Positions 29,101 to 38,713 of a stretch of DNA of 64,000 nt are shown one piece after another (position 1 is the first letter of the stretch; each line of letters starts with the position of its first letter). Below the pieces are notes generated by a model. The model was not told the DNA's origin. It saw nothing but the letters and a program-made list of their open reading frames with translations, and searched no databases. This DNA is from Cyanobacteria bacterium P01_A01_bin.123 (GTDB lineage Bacteria; Cyanobacteriota; Cyanobacteriia; Phormidesmidales; Phormidesmidaceae): positions 60,192 through 124,191 of the forward strand of contig JBCBZT010000021.1 of assembly GCA_039815185.1 (NCBI GenBank). Reading direction: 5' to 3'. Both the position numbers and the translations under genes were made by a program.

Positions 29101-29865
29101 GAAACCCAGCAAGACCGACGGCAGCAGATGGCCGCGCTAGAAGCCCAGCTTGAAACCCAGCAGGCTGAACTCCCCGACCCGCTCCCCGAAATTCCGGAGG
29201 AGATGACCCTAGAAAAGCTGCGGCAAGCCCTGCAATCGCTAAAACGCCGCCTAGAAGCCATGGAACCTGTCAACATGCTGGCCCTAGAAGAATATCAACG
29301 CACCGAAGAACGCTTGAGCGAACTCACCCAAAAACTCGAAACCCTAGAAGAAGAACGCACCGAACTGCTGTTGCGGATTGAAAACTTCACGACCCTACGC
29401 TGCCAAGCCTTCCGCGAAGCCTTCGACGCTGTCAATGAAAACTTCAAATCCATTTTCGCCACCCTCTCCGACGGAGATGGCCACCTGCAACTCGACGATC
29501 CCCAGGATCCATTCAACGGTGGGCTGAACTTAGTCGCCCACCCCAAGGGCAAACCTGTACGCCGCCTGGCTTCCATGTCTGGGGGAGAGAAGTCTCTCAC
29601 AGCGCTGAGTTTTATCTTTGCCTTGCAACGCTATCGGCCCTCGCCCTTTTATGCCTTTGATGAAGTCGACATGTTCTTAGATGGGGCAAATGTGGAGCGA
29701 TTAGCTAAGATGATTAAGCACCAGGCCCAGCAGGCCCAGTTTATGGTTGTGAGTTTGCGACGACCCATGATTGAGTCTGCTCAGCGCACCATTGGCGTTA
29801 CCCAGGCTCGGGGCGCTTATACCCAGGTATTGGGCATTGATTTGCAGGCCAGTGCCTCTGTGTAG
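26122..29865 (+). CDS. smc: Chromosome segregation protein SMC
   Basis: GPNGSGKSN, hinge GRATFLPL, MSGGEKS, AFDEVD, long coiled coils. Confidence 0.98.
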   Translation: MHVKSVELSHFKSFGGTTRIPLLSGFTVISGPNGSGKSNILDALLFALGLSSSKGMRAERLPDLVNQNQSSRRSTVEASVTVVFDISDVGEALLREEADDALPLAYGENGNGAPTNGNGHQPREDASQNGHAKNGHGSNENGVGNGNGHGVATLENIVPLPKEWSVTRRLRVTAQGTYTSNYYINGEACTLGDLHEQLQRFRIYPEGYNVVLQGDVTSIISMNSRERREIIDELAGVAAFDRKIDQAKQKLDAVKDREERFRIVERELIAQLEKLALDRQKAEKYQKLKTKLQEQTVWEIVLAWQEQQRIVQRLMAQIAAGDRQTATFTENIQTLTETIQQATAVLEILNAKVKALGEDDHLALQAKLATQEAELRQLQRQDGELTAASRTLAEQLQETQRATQTHTQDLHQLDQQLAQLQGKELTALQQAYQEAQQTLERSREAASEIADASQSWVQAQTQLRHEIETLRQTLDPQRAEQVRLQERTAQLEHQIQQQVEALDAIAAEMPETGLGPFSATGLEDAQAQVQKLAQAVSETEAELNTQRQTQTRLIQEQRDKQRQLDKLEAQVQAMQESQGTQATKVLLDQGLPGICGLVAELGKVDPRFQLALEIAAGSRLGYLVVEDDRVAASGIQLLKQRRAGRATFLPLNAIRPPRFKPLEAWKRPGGFVDYAVNLIDCEPAYQTVFAYVFGSTVVFETLGDARQNLGQFRMVTLDGEILETSGAMTGGSMLNRQGRLHFGTVEAGESQEAIALRQRLQEIDQILDRCTRTIATLTETAQTQGQALIDARQHHRELQLHSQQFETQLQQQLKRQTQAEQQRQQYQQELTAAQTRLQSLVQTLPALETQLSEQQQALADLEQSQTHSEWQQAQVKIRALEAQVSEHQQALQAARQRLQTMQSQQQRLQEKIQQSQAQLETGRQTQQAQINQQADLHQQQTALTQKITQTQAAIAELDQTLAAEKNNRDRAERELKQHQVNLQQLEWEQQKLQETQQDRRQQMAALEAQLETQQAELPDPLPEIPEEMTLEKLRQALQSLKRRLEAMEPVNMLALEEYQRTEERLSELTQKLETLEEERTELLLRIENFTTLRCQAFREAFDAVNENFKSIFATLSDGDGHLQLDDPQDPFNGGLNLVAHPKGKPVRRLASMSGGEKSLTALSFIFALQRYRPSPFYAFDEVDMFLDGANVERLAKMIKHQAQQAQFMVVSLRRPMIESAQRTIGVTQARGAYTQVLGIDLQASASV

Positions 29866-29958
29866 TTCTGTTAAAGATCGCAAATCTCGGTAAGATATAT
29901 TCTTATCTAGATTTAACTATTATTTCTTTTCGATTAACCCCGAAATCGGGATCCGAAT

Positions 29959-30924
29959 ATGACCTTCGACCAAACCACTCGTCTTCGCTCAGATTTACTT
30001 GGAACCCCGGTTATTACCCGCAATGGGGCCAAGCGCCTGGGTGTGGTGAGTCAAATGTGGGTGGATGTGGATCGCGAAGAAGTGGTGGCCTTGGGACTAC
30101 GAGAAAATGTCCTCTCAGGAGTGCTCTCCAGCGATCAGCAGATTATGTTGCTGAGCAGCATCCGTGAGATTGGTGACGTCATCTTGGTAGATGACGATAT
30201 GGCCATTGAAGACGATGTGAATGTAGCTGCCTACAGTAACTTGATCAGTTGCGAAGTCATCACCGAGTCGGGTGAGACCCTGGGCCGCGTCAGAGGCTTC
30301 AAGTTTGATGTGATCACGGGCAAGATTGAATCTTTAGTGATTGCTTCTTTGGGGCTGCCGCAAATCCCTGATCAGGTTGTTAGCACCTATGAGTTACCCA
30401 TTGAAGAGATTGCTAGCCACGGCCCCGATCGCCTGATTGTATTTGAAGGTGCTGAAGAGAAACTGGTGCAGCTCTCGGTCGGCATTATGGAGCGCTTGGG
30501 CATCGGCAGTCCGCCGTGGGAGCGAGACGATGCAGACAACTACATCATGCCGGTATCGACTTCAAATCAGCTACCGTCTGGATTACAACAGCCGGTTCAA
30601 GAGCCTCTACGCGATCGCGCCCCATCTGTCCAGCAGCCCATTCAAGAGCGTTGGAGTGATGATGACTGGGGCGAACCAGAACCTCTCCCCATCCAAGAAC
30701 CGATACAGCCGCAGCGGGCTGAGCTCGCTTACCCAGAAGAGACAGACAACTGGAGTGAGGCGCCAAGTCAACCTGCCTATGCAGACTATGGCAATGATGC
30801 AGATATCGACCCAAGTGATGACCCCTGGACGGATGATGAGGATCCAAAACCTTACCAGGCACAACCCGTCAATATTCCTCAGAAGAAGAAAGTCACAGAG
30901 TACGAGGAAGAGCTGGATTACTAG
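29959..30924 (+). CDS. PRC-barrel domain protein with an acidic tail
   Basis: Two PRC-like repeats; typical cyanobacterial smc neighbour. Confidence 0.85.
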   Translation: MTFDQTTRLRSDLLGTPVITRNGAKRLGVVSQMWVDVDREEVVALGLRENVLSGVLSSDQQIMLLSSIREIGDVILVDDDMAIEDDVNVAAYSNLISCEVITESGETLGRVRGFKFDVITGKIESLVIASLGLPQIPDQVVSTYELPIEEIASHGPDRLIVFEGAEEKLVQLSVGIMERLGIGSPPWERDDADNYIMPVSTSNQLPSGLQQPVQEPLRDRAPSVQQPIQERWSDDDWGEPEPLPIQEPIQPQRAELAYPEETDNWSEAPSQPAYADYGNDADIDPSDDPWTDDEDPKPYQAQPVNIPQKKKVTEYEEELDY

Positions 30925-30933
30925 AGACTCCAA

Positions 30934-31320
30934 ATGCTCGAATTCATTACCCTTCCAAACGAACTTCCCCCCGTTGCCCCCTATTCCCACGCGGTTCGGG
31001 CGGGAGATTTTTTGTTTGTGACTGGGCAGTTGGCAGAAGACCCCACAACTGGCGAAGTTGTCAAAGGGCCAATCGAAGCCCAAACTCGCCAGGTGATGGA
31101 AAATCTGAAGCGGGTACTGACCCATGCCGGGACTGGGTTTGACAAGGTCGTCATGGTCAGGATTTTTGTCACCGACTTTCGCTATTACGAAACCGTCAAT
31201 GAAATCTATGCATCGTATTTTGAACAGAATCGTTTGCCTGGACGCACAACCGTTGGCGTCATGGGGCTAGCAGGTTTCGGTGATGTGGAAATTGATTTGA
31301 TCGTGTACTGCGGAGAATAA
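30934..31320 (+). CDS. RidA/YjgF family protein
   Basis: APYSHAV, FVTGQ, VNEIYASYF, PGRTTV, VEID. Confidence 0.92.
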   Translation: MLEFITLPNELPPVAPYSHAVRAGDFLFVTGQLAEDPTTGEVVKGPIEAQTRQVMENLKRVLTHAGTGFDKVVMVRIFVTDFRYYETVNEIYASYFEQNRLPGRTTVGVMGLAGFGDVEIDLIVYCGE

Positions 31321-31375
31321 GCTTTAAGCGCCGTATCACGCCGCTTTACACCCGGAATGCGTAGTGAGGATATTG

Positions 31376-34300
31376 CTACATCTCCCGCCATGCACTGGTT
31401 GCGATCGCGGCTTTAATTTTTTGATGACAGCGATCGCGATGTTGCACTGCCACCAAATCACCAGGGAGCGCCTGTACACAAGCCTCAAATCCCTTTAAAG
31501 CAGCCCCATATTCCCCCAAATTGAACTGGGTCAGTGCCGTTTCAAACGTAGTTTTGAGCTGCCGCTTTTGCTCTCGAATTGCCACCGGATCAGCATCAAA
31601 TATTTCAAAGATTGATACCGGCTCAGATTTGCCTTTTACACACACCCGGTCAATCAGACGGTACGCATAAACATCAGGATCTTTTAGGCGCATCAAAGTT
31701 TCATGGGAGATTAGCAGCGGCACACCATAGTGCTTGGTCAATTTTTCAATGCGAGCGGCCAGATTAACCGTATCGCTGATCACCGTGCTATCCATGTGAG
31801 ATGGGCCACCGACGGTACCAAGCATCATCAGGCCAGAATTGATGCCAATGCCATTGCTCACTGGGGAATAGCCGTTTACCGCGCGATCGCGATTGTAAGC
31901 CTGGAGGTTTTTCAGCATGGCGATCGCGCTCCGCACGGCATCATCAGCATCCCCTGGAAACAGCGCCATAATGGCATCACCAACATACTTGTCGATGAAG
32001 CCACCATTCTCCACAATGGCGGGTTCCATGCAAGACAAATAAGTATTAATGAACTTGAAATTTGCAGCCGGGGTCATTTGCTCTGACAAGGCGGTAAAGT
32101 TGCGAATATCGGCAAACAACACCGACATATCTTGCTGGGTCTGATCTCCCAAGCGCACATCCACGATGCTTTCTTTCTCAAGCAGCTGCAAAAATTCGTG
32201 GGGGACAAAGCGGCTGTAGGCAATGTTGAGTTGGGAGAGCCGCAGATGCGTCTTGATGCGGGCCAACAGCTCATTCTTGGCAATCGGTTTTGCCAGATAG
32301 TCGTTAGCCCCTGTTTCTAAACCTTGAATCAAATCTGTCACCTGGTTCTTTGCCGTCAGCATTAGAATTGGCAATTCGTTGGCAGAGAACCGCTCTCGCA
32401 GTTTGTGTGTCACTTCGTAGCCCGTCATGTTGGGCATCATCACATCTAACAAAATCAAGTCGGGTTGAAACCCTTGCTTAATGACGCGAAATACATCTTC
32501 ACCGCTGGCAGCCTGCGCGATCGCGTAATTCTCTAGCGACAAATGATTGCGTAAGACCTGCAAATTCACAGGCTCATCATCCACAATCAAAATCTTGAAC
32601 CGTCGATTGAGCTCTGCCGACTCCGCTACGACAGCCGGACTCAAGGCCCCATTTGAGTCCGGTGAACCGACAACCAACTGCTCTAAAGCGGGAAGATAAA
32701 GCGGCTCGGGCGTCGCCGGGATATCTACAGCAGCCAGTTCTGCGGGTGTGGCTAATGGCAGCGTGAAATGAAACTGTGAACCCGTGTCAACGCTAGACTC
32801 GACCCAAATGTTGCCGCCGTGGAGTTCAACCAATTGTTTGGTAATCGTAAGCCCGAGGCCAGTGCCACCATATTGTCGTGCCACCGAACCATCCGCTTGT
32901 TCGAAGGATTCAAAAATCCGCTCTCGCTTGTCTAACGGGATGCCCACGCCGGTATCTGAGACAGTAATGATGATTTTTTTTTCGGGCTGATCCGGCAACG
33001 GAGACGCTGTCACCGCTATCTTGCCCACCGCCGTGAACTTAACGGCATTACCAATCAGGTTATGCAGAATCTGCTGCAAGCGATTTTCGTCAGCTTGCAC
33101 TAGGGGCAACTCAGCCGGAATCTCATTCACCAATTGCAGTTGTTTATGGCCGATCAGCCCCGTACTCAAGGCCAACACCATATCTGCTAATCCTCTCAGG
33201 TGAATTGGCTTCTGTCGCAAGGTCAGGTTGTGGGCTCGCAGCGTTGAGAAATCTAGGATGTCGTTAATGAGGTTGGAGAGACGACGCCCACTGCCTACGA
33301 TCAGTGCAAGGTTGTCTTGGGTGGCTTTGGACAATGATCCTGTCACGCCCCCGATTAATGACTCGGCAATGCCGATGATGCCATTCAGCGGGGTGCGCAA
33401 CTCATGGGACGTATTGGCTAAGAATTCATTCTTCAGGCGATCGAGCTGTTTGAGTTCAGCATTGGCCTGGGCGAGTTCCTGGGTGCGAGTTGCCACCGTC
33501 ACTTCCAACTCGGTGTTAAACGTTTCAAGTTGGTTCGCATAGCCTTCAAGGGCGTCCATCACCTGGTTATAACGGGTAGCAATGTGCCCCACTTCCGTAA
33601 ACGGATCGACCGGAGCCCGTAAACTAAAATCTTTGCGCTGAGAATGCTCATCCATAATTTGGAGCAATTCATAGGCGTCCGTTTTAGCCTTGTGTTCGGC
33701 GTAGTTGAGCCCTATATCTTCGGCTTCGGCCGAGACCCGCAGGGGAAACCGGGAGTTAATGCCCCATAACAGCAGATAGGCCACCCCAAAGGCCCAAACA
33801 AAACACACACTAATACCCAGCAACTGAACCAGCAGCTGACTGAAACGATTGAGCCCAGTATGTAGCAGATCACTTTGGCCAAACAGGGCAACGGCCAACG
33901 TCCCCCAGACGCCGCTGCCGCCGTGTACTGCGATCGCATCTACAGCATCATCGATACGGTAGTGCTCCAAAATGCGGATGGTAGTGTGAGCCACAAGACC
34001 AGCAACTGCCCCAATCAAGACCGCAGCAGAGGTACTCACAACATGGCTAGAGGCTGTAATCGCAACTAAACCGGCAATTGAACCATTGATTAAACTTTCG
34101 GGCTGGGCAACGCCTGTGTAAAACCAGTTGATAACCGTTAGGGTGAGCATGCCAGCGACGCCAGACATGACTGTATTTACCATGATGCCAGCGATTTGGT
34201 CATTGAAGGCCAGCGTACTGCCACCGTTAAAGCCTAACCAGCCGAACCACAACAACATGGCCCCGAGTACTGACATGGGTAAGTTAGAGCCATGAATTTT

Positions 34301-34873
34301 ATGGACTTGCCCATCGGGTGTGAATCGCCCTATGCGTGGCCCGATGACTAGCAGGGCAGCGAGAGCTACCCACGCTCCCACGCTGTGCACCACGGTAGCA
34401 CCTGAAAAATCCACAAATCCAAGCTGGCGCAACCAGCCAATCGCCTCCCCAGTGGCAATGCCATTCCAAGCCCAATGACCAAATATGGGATAAACAATGC
34501 CCGAGACAAGGACGGCAATAATGCCATAGGCCGCAAACTGCAATCGTTCAGCCACTGCGCCCGATACGATTGTGGTGGCAGTGCTGCAAAACATCGCCTG
34601 AAATAGGAAAAACGCTGCCACCCGAGGGGCATTGGGCTCCACTTGGAAGAGAAAGTGATCAAGTCCTAGCCAGCCCCAAAATGAGGAGCCAAACATCAGC
34701 CCAAAGCTAAAACCCCAAAAAAGAAAGCCAGAAATCCCAAAGTCGGCCAGGTTTTTGACTGCAACATTAATGCTGTTTTTCGTACGAGTCAAACCAGACT
34801 CTAAACACATAAAGCCGGGCTGCATTAAAAAGACGAGCCCCGAACAGATTAATATCCAGCCAACATCATTCAT
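31376..34873 (-). CDS. Ammonium transporter-histidine kinase-receiver-adenylate cyclase fusion
   Basis: Amt (DFSGATVVH, GWLGFNGGS, DDAVDAIAVHG), HisKA (SHELRTPL), HATPase (GGTGLGL), REC (LLDVMMP), class III cyclase (FADIRNFT, DKYVGDA, VNLAARIE). Confidence 0.92.
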   Translation of the reverse strand: MNDVGWILICSGLVFLMQPGFMCLESGLTRTKNSINVAVKNLADFGISGFLFWGFSFGLMFGSSFWGWLGLDHFLFQVEPNAPRVAAFFLFQAMFCSTATTIVSGAVAERLQFAAYGIIAVLVSGIVYPIFGHWAWNGIATGEAIGWLRQLGFVDFSGATVVHSVGAWVALAALLVIGPRIGRFTPDGQVHKIHGSNLPMSVLGAMLLWFGWLGFNGGSTLAFNDQIAGIMVNTVMSGVAGMLTLTVINWFYTGVAQPESLINGSIAGLVAITASSHVVSTSAAVLIGAVAGLVAHTTIRILEHYRIDDAVDAIAVHGGSGVWGTLAVALFGQSDLLHTGLNRFSQLLVQLLGISVCFVWAFGVAYLLLWGINSRFPLRVSAEAEDIGLNYAEHKAKTDAYELLQIMDEHSQRKDFSLRAPVDPFTEVGHIATRYNQVMDALEGYANQLETFNTELEVTVATRTQELAQANAELKQLDRLKNEFLANTSHELRTPLNGIIGIAESLIGGVTGSLSKATQDNLALIVGSGRRLSNLINDILDFSTLRAHNLTLRQKPIHLRGLADMVLALSTGLIGHKQLQLVNEIPAELPLVQADENRLQQILHNLIGNAVKFTAVGKIAVTASPLPDQPEKKIIITVSDTGVGIPLDKRERIFESFEQADGSVARQYGGTGLGLTITKQLVELHGGNIWVESSVDTGSQFHFTLPLATPAELAAVDIPATPEPLYLPALEQLVVGSPDSNGALSPAVVAESAELNRRFKILIVDDEPVNLQVLRNHLSLENYAIAQAASGEDVFRVIKQGFQPDLILLDVMMPNMTGYEVTHKLRERFSANELPILMLTAKNQVTDLIQGLETGANDYLAKPIAKNELLARIKTHLRLSQLNIAYSRFVPHEFLQLLEKESIVDVRLGDQTQQDMSVLFADIRNFTALSEQMTPAANFKFINTYLSCMEPAIVENGGFIDKYVGDAIMALFPGDADDAVRSAIAMLKNLQAYNRDRAVNGYSPVSNGIGINSGLMMLGTVGGPSHMDSTVISDTVNLAARIEKLTKHYGVPLLISHETLMRLKDPDVYAYRLIDRVCVKGKSEPVSIFEIFDADPVAIREQKRQLKTTFETALTQFNLGEYGAALKGFEACVQALPGDLVAVQHRDRCHQKIKAAIATSAWREM

Positions 34874-35811
34874 AAACCCGATCCCAATAATGAGTTAGAG
34901 GTGGTTTAAGGAGGGTTCCTAGCGATAAGGTTTGTGGCTAAGGCTCAAACAAAAGACACCACGTGAATTGAGTTAGGCCACTTTTATACAAACTTAAGTT
35001 CCTGATACGGTGCTTCGCATCCCTCTTCAGGAAAAACGCTTTAGCATTACATGACTTGAGGTTATTTTGATCAATGCATGATGGCTAAACCGAATTTGGA
35101 GATGACGACATCTGTATCACTCTTGTTATGAACTGAACCAAAATCGTTTGGAGGACAAGCGTTGTGAAGATCTAACCTGGAGGTACAGCTAAGTTTAACT
35201 ATCGCTATTATTCTCTAGATCCAGATAATTTACCAAGGGCCAAAATGCTGATTATTAGGCTATTTTAAGCTGATAAAGATAGATTTGAATCAATACTTTT
35301 AATTTGACGTAGAAATGGATATCAATCAGATTAACCCATCAAGCGCTGCCAGCAGTAATCTCAAGACGCATAGCGCTGTGATGTTAATCACGCAGAGATC
35401 TATCCTTAATCTCTTCTTATTAAGAATAGAAAGCCTCTTGACGGTAGTCAGCAGGTCGCCAGTTATCCAGTCAGCTATAGGGGGAACAGACTCAACTCAA
35501 CCTGTAGACCTATAAATGCTGGCAACAGTTCAGAGGGTAGATTAATCGCCACAGAATTCGATGCAGTTGTGTCCCCCATTGCTATTTTCACAGAGGGATT
35601 TCACGATAGTGGGTGCCTTAAGGAACACAGCCGAAACCACAAATTTCCCAGAAGAGGTTTGTGATGCGCGAATAGTGCATGGATGGGGCCATTTCTTGGC
35701 TAGAAACAGGATGTATTTGTATGTTGCGCGTAGTGCGGACTCCTTTCCATCTAAGGATAGAAACTGCGATCGCGCTGTGTAGCTACATTTTCGTATAAAA
35801 TATCACTATCA

Positions 35812-36978
35812 TTGGTCAGTGCCGTGCTCAGTACTATGCTTTCATCCGCTAACTCTGTGGGCCAGTTCAGCCATCGCTGTCGCCGATCTCTTGCGGTCGC
35901 ACTAGGATTGCTGCTGGGCAGCAGTGGCGTGCTTGTGCCGGGTCTATCTGGGCAGGCCCAAACTAATCCGGTTAGCCAGGCTCGAATTACAGAGATTTTG
36001 AATGGTAACCAGGTCTACATCCAGAATCGTCAAGCTGCCGTCAACGCGATCGCGACTCGAAATCAACAGGTACGTACCGGGCGATCGCGTGCTGAGCTCC
36101 GGTTTAACACTGGGGCAGTGGGCCGCTTAGCCCAAAATACCTCCCTAGTGGTTGGGCAAGATTGTGTCCGCGTGCGCCGGGGACAACTTTTAGTCAATGG
36201 CCCCGGTCGGGGTTGTACCAACCAAACAGTTCTAGGCGTAAGGGGCACGACTTATACCCTGGCCGTTGACGAGGCAGGCAGCGCTACCGTGACCGTGCTT
36301 GAAGGCAGCATGGAATTAACCCTGGTTGATCCCAGTCTGACTGACCAGTCTGCTTTAAATCAGCGGATCAAACATGATTCTGACACAGCGTCTTATCCCA
36401 GCTGCACGCTCAAACAAGAGAGCACGCCGGTTGTCTCCTGTGCACCATTACCGATCACTGAAGGACTCCGGGTTACCGTTGACCCAGAAGGACAACTGCA
36501 AGCCATTCAACCCCTCACACAAGCTGAATTTACAGCGATCCTCACTGGCCCGTTGATGGCTAATTACACCAACCCCCTGCCCGGTCAAGATCAGCTCCGC
36601 GAGAGCTTTCAAGGCCTGTATCCTGGCGTGCTCTTCCCAGACATTCCTGGGCCTATGCCAGATCCTGATTCGCCTCAGGCTCAGGCATCCTGCGATGTCA
36701 CCGTAGCTAACTATCGTCGAGAAGTCGAGGATTTAGTAGACAGCAACTGGACACCTCCCCCACCCCCTGCTCCAGGGTTTTGGCTAGCTGTGGTCACCTA
36801 CGACATCGATCAGGATGGCGAGGTTGAAGATTTAACCGTGTCGCAACCTAGCGGTGATGCAGGCTACGATCAATCCGCAATTGACAGCATTCTGTCTGCC
36901 GCTATTCCGCCCCCGCCTGCCTGTTATCCCAATGCCTTGCTAGAGATTAATCACCGTTTCCAGTTGGATTACTTTTAG
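35812..36978 (+). CDS. Exported FecR-domain protein with a C-terminal TonB_C-like domain
   Basis: Signal-like N-terminus; VRTG.SRAELRF..GVRGT; C-terminal YDIDQDGEV..VSQPSGDAGYDQSAIDSI; true start probably 35836. Confidence 0.75.
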   Translation: MVSAVLSTMLSSANSVGQFSHRCRRSLAVALGLLLGSSGVLVPGLSGQAQTNPVSQARITEILNGNQVYIQNRQAAVNAIATRNQQVRTGRSRAELRFNTGAVGRLAQNTSLVVGQDCVRVRRGQLLVNGPGRGCTNQTVLGVRGTTYTLAVDEAGSATVTVLEGSMELTLVDPSLTDQSALNQRIKHDSDTASYPSCTLKQESTPVVSCAPLPITEGLRVTVDPEGQLQAIQPLTQAEFTAILTGPLMANYTNPLPGQDQLRESFQGLYPGVLFPDIPGPMPDPDSPQAQASCDVTVANYRREVEDLVDSNWTPPPPPAPGFWLAVVTYDIDQDGEVEDLTVSQPSGDAGYDQSAIDSILSAAIPPPPACYPNALLEINHRFQLDYF

Positions 36979-37096
36979 TGTGAAGTTTCCTCGCGGGCGG
37001 TAGGGGTAATTTTAAGGGGTAGATTCCACGATAGGAATCACTAAGACGCAGCAGTAGCGTATTCCACCTCGGGAGTGCGCTACTGCTTTGAATTTG

Positions 37097-37201
37097 TATA
37101 GCGGTAGCCATAAAGCTTTTTACGCTACCGCGAGCCAGATTGCTTGTAGACTCAACATCCTGGCGATACTCGGTGCATTGAGCAATCTGGCCAGCGCGAT
37201 A
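37097..37201. repeat. 105-bp dispersed MITE/REP-like element, copy 1
   Basis: Colinear with 50887-50991 (88/105 identical by manual count); two hairpins. Confidence 0.85.
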
Positions 37202-37380
37202 AGTCTGGATTGATCGACTCGCAAATAGAGACCAAACGGGCTGACGAAACCACGAGTAGCGGCAACCCTATTTTTCTTTGCAAAGTAAAATCAAGATCAT
37301 TCCTATTTAAAAAAAGTTGATCTAAGACTATTGCTTTCTATAATAAGATTGTGCAAGTATAGCCTTGGAAAGCAAAGTTT

Positions 37381-37854
37381 TTGATCATGGATGTTTTGGA
37401 TCTGAAGGTACTTCAGCAACTCATGCATCAAGCTCGGATGACCTGGTCTGAATTAGCCTCTGTTTTGGGCTTGTCAGCCCCTGCCGCTGCCGATCGGGTG
37501 AGGCGGCTAGAAGATAAAGGGGTGATTCAGGGATATGCCACGGTGGTGGATCCGGTCAGCTTGGGCTACACACTGACTGCATTTGTGTCAGTCACCCTAG
37601 AACATCCCCAACATCGGGCTGCTTTCATTGCCAAAGTGGAAGCCCTGCCGGAAATTCAAGCCTGTCATCACATCACTGGCGATGACGATTATCTGCTCAA
37701 AGTCCGTGCTCAGAGCACTCAAGATCTAGAGCGCATCATCAGCGACGAGCTGAAAAGTCTCTCTGGTATCCAGAGAACTCGAACTGCGATCGCGCTTTCA
37801 ACCCTTAAAGAAACCACTGCATTGCCCGTTCCTGAATCAGATAGCCAGGCTTAA
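37381..37854 (+). CDS. Lrp/AsnC family regulator
   Basis: ARMTWSELA..GLS..RVRRLEDKGVIQGY; CHHITGDDDYLLKV. Confidence 0.95.
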   Translation: MIMDVLDLKVLQQLMHQARMTWSELASVLGLSAPAAADRVRRLEDKGVIQGYATVVDPVSLGYTLTAFVSVTLEHPQHRAAFIAKVEALPEIQACHHITGDDDYLLKVRAQSTQDLERIISDELKSLSGIQRTRTAIALSTLKETTALPVPESDSQA

Positions 37855-38028
37855 AGCTGCATCAATCGCGCCAGATCTGATTCAACCCAAAGCATGTTCC
37901 CAAATCCCTTTACGACTCCACTATTTGGCGTTTCGACGGCTACCAATAGTGGTGCTAAAAGCCCCTTGGGACATGGCTTCTGCAATTCAAAATCGCAAAT
38001 CTAAAATCCAAAATAGGGATCGTTTGCC

Positions 38029-38646
38029 ATGCTTCTACTCATCTTGCTTAAAGGCATCCTGCTGGGTCTTTCTATTGCTGCACCCGTTGGCCCCATTGGC
38101 GTCCTTTGCATTCGCCGTACGCTTGCCCTCGGCAAACTCGTCGGACTCGTCTCTGGCCTAGGTGCGGCCACAGCTGATGGCGTTTATGGCTGTATTGCTG
38201 GCTTTGGCCTGACCTTCATCTCGCAGTTCCTAGTTGCGCAAGCATTTTGGCTGCGTCTGATTGGGGGCATTTTTTTATGCTATCTCGGGGTCAAAACCTT
38301 CCTATCGCAACCTGCAAATGAAGCCGCAGAGACACCTCAAGGCGCAACCCTGCTGAGTGCCTATGCTTCTACCTTTGTGCTGACGTTGACCAACCCGGCA
38401 ACCATCTTTTCTTTTGTGGTGATCTTTGCAGGCTTAGGGATTGCCAGTTCAGGTCAAGATTATGTTTCATCAGGGATGCTCGTTTTGGGCGTGTTTTTGG
38501 GATCAGCCCTGTGGTGGCTTTTGCTGAGTTGGGGTATCAATTTGTTTCGCACAAAATTCAATCCCCAGAGAATGCGCTGGTTGAATCGGGGCTCTGGGCT
38601 GGTGATTCTAGTCTTTGGGATCATTGCACTGAGCTTGAGAGGGTAG
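38029..38646 (+). CDS. LysE family amino-acid exporter
   Basis: IAAPVGPIG, GLGAATAD, LTLTNPAT. Confidence 0.92.
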   Translation: MLLLILLKGILLGLSIAAPVGPIGVLCIRRTLALGKLVGLVSGLGAATADGVYGCIAGFGLTFISQFLVAQAFWLRLIGGIFLCYLGVKTFLSQPANEAAETPQGATLLSAYASTFVLTLTNPATIFSFVVIFAGLGIASSGQDYVSSGMLVLGVFLGSALWWLLLSWGINLFRTKFNPQRMRWLNRGSGLVILVFGIIALSLRG

Positions 38647-38713
38647 CTCAGTCGCTGACGATTTAGGGAGCAGGTCTGATAGAGTCAAGGAGAACGCTGG
38701 CGGGTAGATACCT

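Noticed and set aside
34874..35811. NtcA box or small genes upstream of the Amt fusion
   Set aside because: No convincing GTA-N8-TAC found by eye; ORFs 35315 and 35561 lack coding character
37985..38014. Heptamer repeats (aaaatcc-like) between lrp and lysE
   Set aside because: Ordinary cyanobacterial short tandem repeat filler
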